From contig NC_043002.1 of NCBI RefSeq assembly GCF_006345805.1, positions 98,332,001 through 98,396,000 on the forward strand: a stretch of 64,000 nucleotides of DNA, in the 5' to 3' direction. The notes under the pieces are model-generated. The model was not told the DNA's origin and did no database searches. It saw only the letters and a list, made by a program, of their open reading frames with translations. Both the position numbers and the translations under genes were made by a program. Below are positions 62,690 to 64,000 of the stretch, piece after piece; position 1 is the stretch's first letter, and the number at the start of each line of letters is the position of its first letter. This stretch comes from Octopus sinensis (lineage: Eukaryota).

Positions 62690-63506
62690 CACACTCGACA
62701 AAAGTAAATAGACACCCTTATAATCATAAAGGTTTATTTAAATCTGAAATTATACATTCGAATTATTTATTAATTGTTATAATGTGAATGTTTAATATTT
62801 AGACATGCCCTTTGCATCTTTCAATGTAAGGACCCTATTAGGCATGTTACTAATCAGATGACGAATATTCTCTTGCGGAATTTCTTGCCAAGTTTCATGC
62901 AGTAATCTCAAAACATCTGGCTTTGAAGATGCTTTCTTTTTCTTTTTATGAAGTATCCTGTCCATTATGTCCCCAGAGGCATTCGCGAGGGTTCATATCT
63001 GGTGACTGGCTTGGCCGTGGAAGCTTTTTAATACCATTCTCATCCAACAAATCTTTGGTCTTTATAGCCGTGTGAATAAACAGTGTTCTTTAATCATTTC
63101 ACCATTGGAGAAAATTGGAAGGAGTCCTTTCTACAATATGGACTCGTATTTATCTGAGTTTATGTTTCCCTCACTCTCCACCAGCTCTGATCAACCATTA
63201 CCCCAAATTGCTCCTCGGACCATCACAGAATAGCTGCCGTGTTTCATTATTGGCTGCAATCTATTCGCATCAAATTATTGATCACAGAGTCTCCAAACTC
63301 ACACTCGATCACTGTCAGGAAATACAGCAAATCTGGACTCATCAGAGAATATGGCAGTGTCCCAAAATGCTTGTGGCCTCTCCACCATCTCACTTGCCCA
63401 ATCTTTTCTCCACTTGATGTTGGCTGGTCGAAGAAGTGGCTTCCTTCTCGCTGCTCTGTCATAGTAACCAAGTTTGTAGAGATACCTGACACTTGTTCTG
63501 GCACTG
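62690..63506 (-). pseudogene. Decayed Tc1-family (DD34E) transposase with a 3' TIR-like end
   Basis: Reverse-strand translation with stops and frameshifts: AARRKPLLRPANIKWRKDWA...WDTAIFSDESRF...SVMVRGAI...NINSDKYESIL...LPRPSQSPDMNPRECLW...WQEIPQENIRHLISNMPNRVLTLKDAKGMSKY* (stop at 62792). The second catalytic Asp segment is deleted. Confidence 0.92.
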
Positions 63507-63519
63507 TCATCAACTTTAC

Positions 63520-64000
63520 ATTATTTACTATTGACGGATATTTGTCCTCGTCTTGTTTGTTGTTAACACAACATTTTGGCTGATATACCCTCCAACCTTC
63601 ATCAAGTATCTTGGGGAAATTTCGAACCTGGGTTCTCATTCCTAAGGTATTTTTCGATGTTGTTGTCGTTGTTGTTATTATTATAATTCTTCTTCTTCTT
63701 CTTCTTCTTATCATTATATTATTATTATTATTATTATCATTATTATTATTATTATTATTATTATCATTATTATTATCATTATTATTATTATTATTATTAT
63801 TCAGGTCACTGCCTGGAATCGAACTCGGAATCTTAAGTTTAGTAGCCTGCACTCTTAAGCACTACGCCATATGCTCGTGGGCTACTAACCCCAAGATTCC
63901 GAGTTCGATTCCAGGCAGTGACCTGAATATTATTAATAATAATAATAATAACAACATCGAAAAATACCTTAGGAATGAAAACCCAGGTTCGAAATTTCCC
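63520..64000. mobile_element. Second inverted dimer of the tRNA-headed, hammerhead-tailed element (runs off the window)
   Basis: Minus arm about 63520-63880 and plus arm about 63878-64000, homologous to 37060-37570. Confidence 0.85.

Noticed and set aside
63247-63852. Longest ORF (201 aa)
   Set aside because: A chimeric read-through of the (AAT)n-containing repeat into the wrong frame of the Tc1 fossil.

Overview
AT-rich, repeat-dense eukaryotic DNA. The SINE repertoire and microsatellite load look like a cephalopod (Octopus-type) genome; this is inferred from recalled repeat families, not from a search. No long host-gene ORF is present, and nearly all ORFs in the supplied track are microsatellite or repeat artefacts. 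Supported content: at least four tRNA-headed SINE families (about 50 copies or fragments, many nested, several with clear TSDs); about 11 RTE-clade LINE fragments including a decayed RT; a decayed Tc1 transposase; a mariner 5' fragment and a mariner MITE; four Helitron-type non-autonomous elements; hAT MITEs; and a 405-bp fully palindromic TTAA-flanked (Kolobok-type) element. Highlights: (1) minimal hammerhead-ribozyme motifs in three repeat families, one with an intact core (53905-53937), one with a CUGUUGA core variant (31268-31305), and one on a tRNA-headed element that occurs twice as a head-to-head inverted dimer (37 kb, 63.5-64 kb); (2) a CpG-depleted domain at about 18-53 kb that looks like a methylated gene body, holds essentially all RTE fragments, and contains small candidate exons on both strands that I could not assign to a known protein; (3) a MITE carrying clustered E-box/NRF1/X-box/CCAAT motifs. 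Coordinates of degenerate repeats are approximate.
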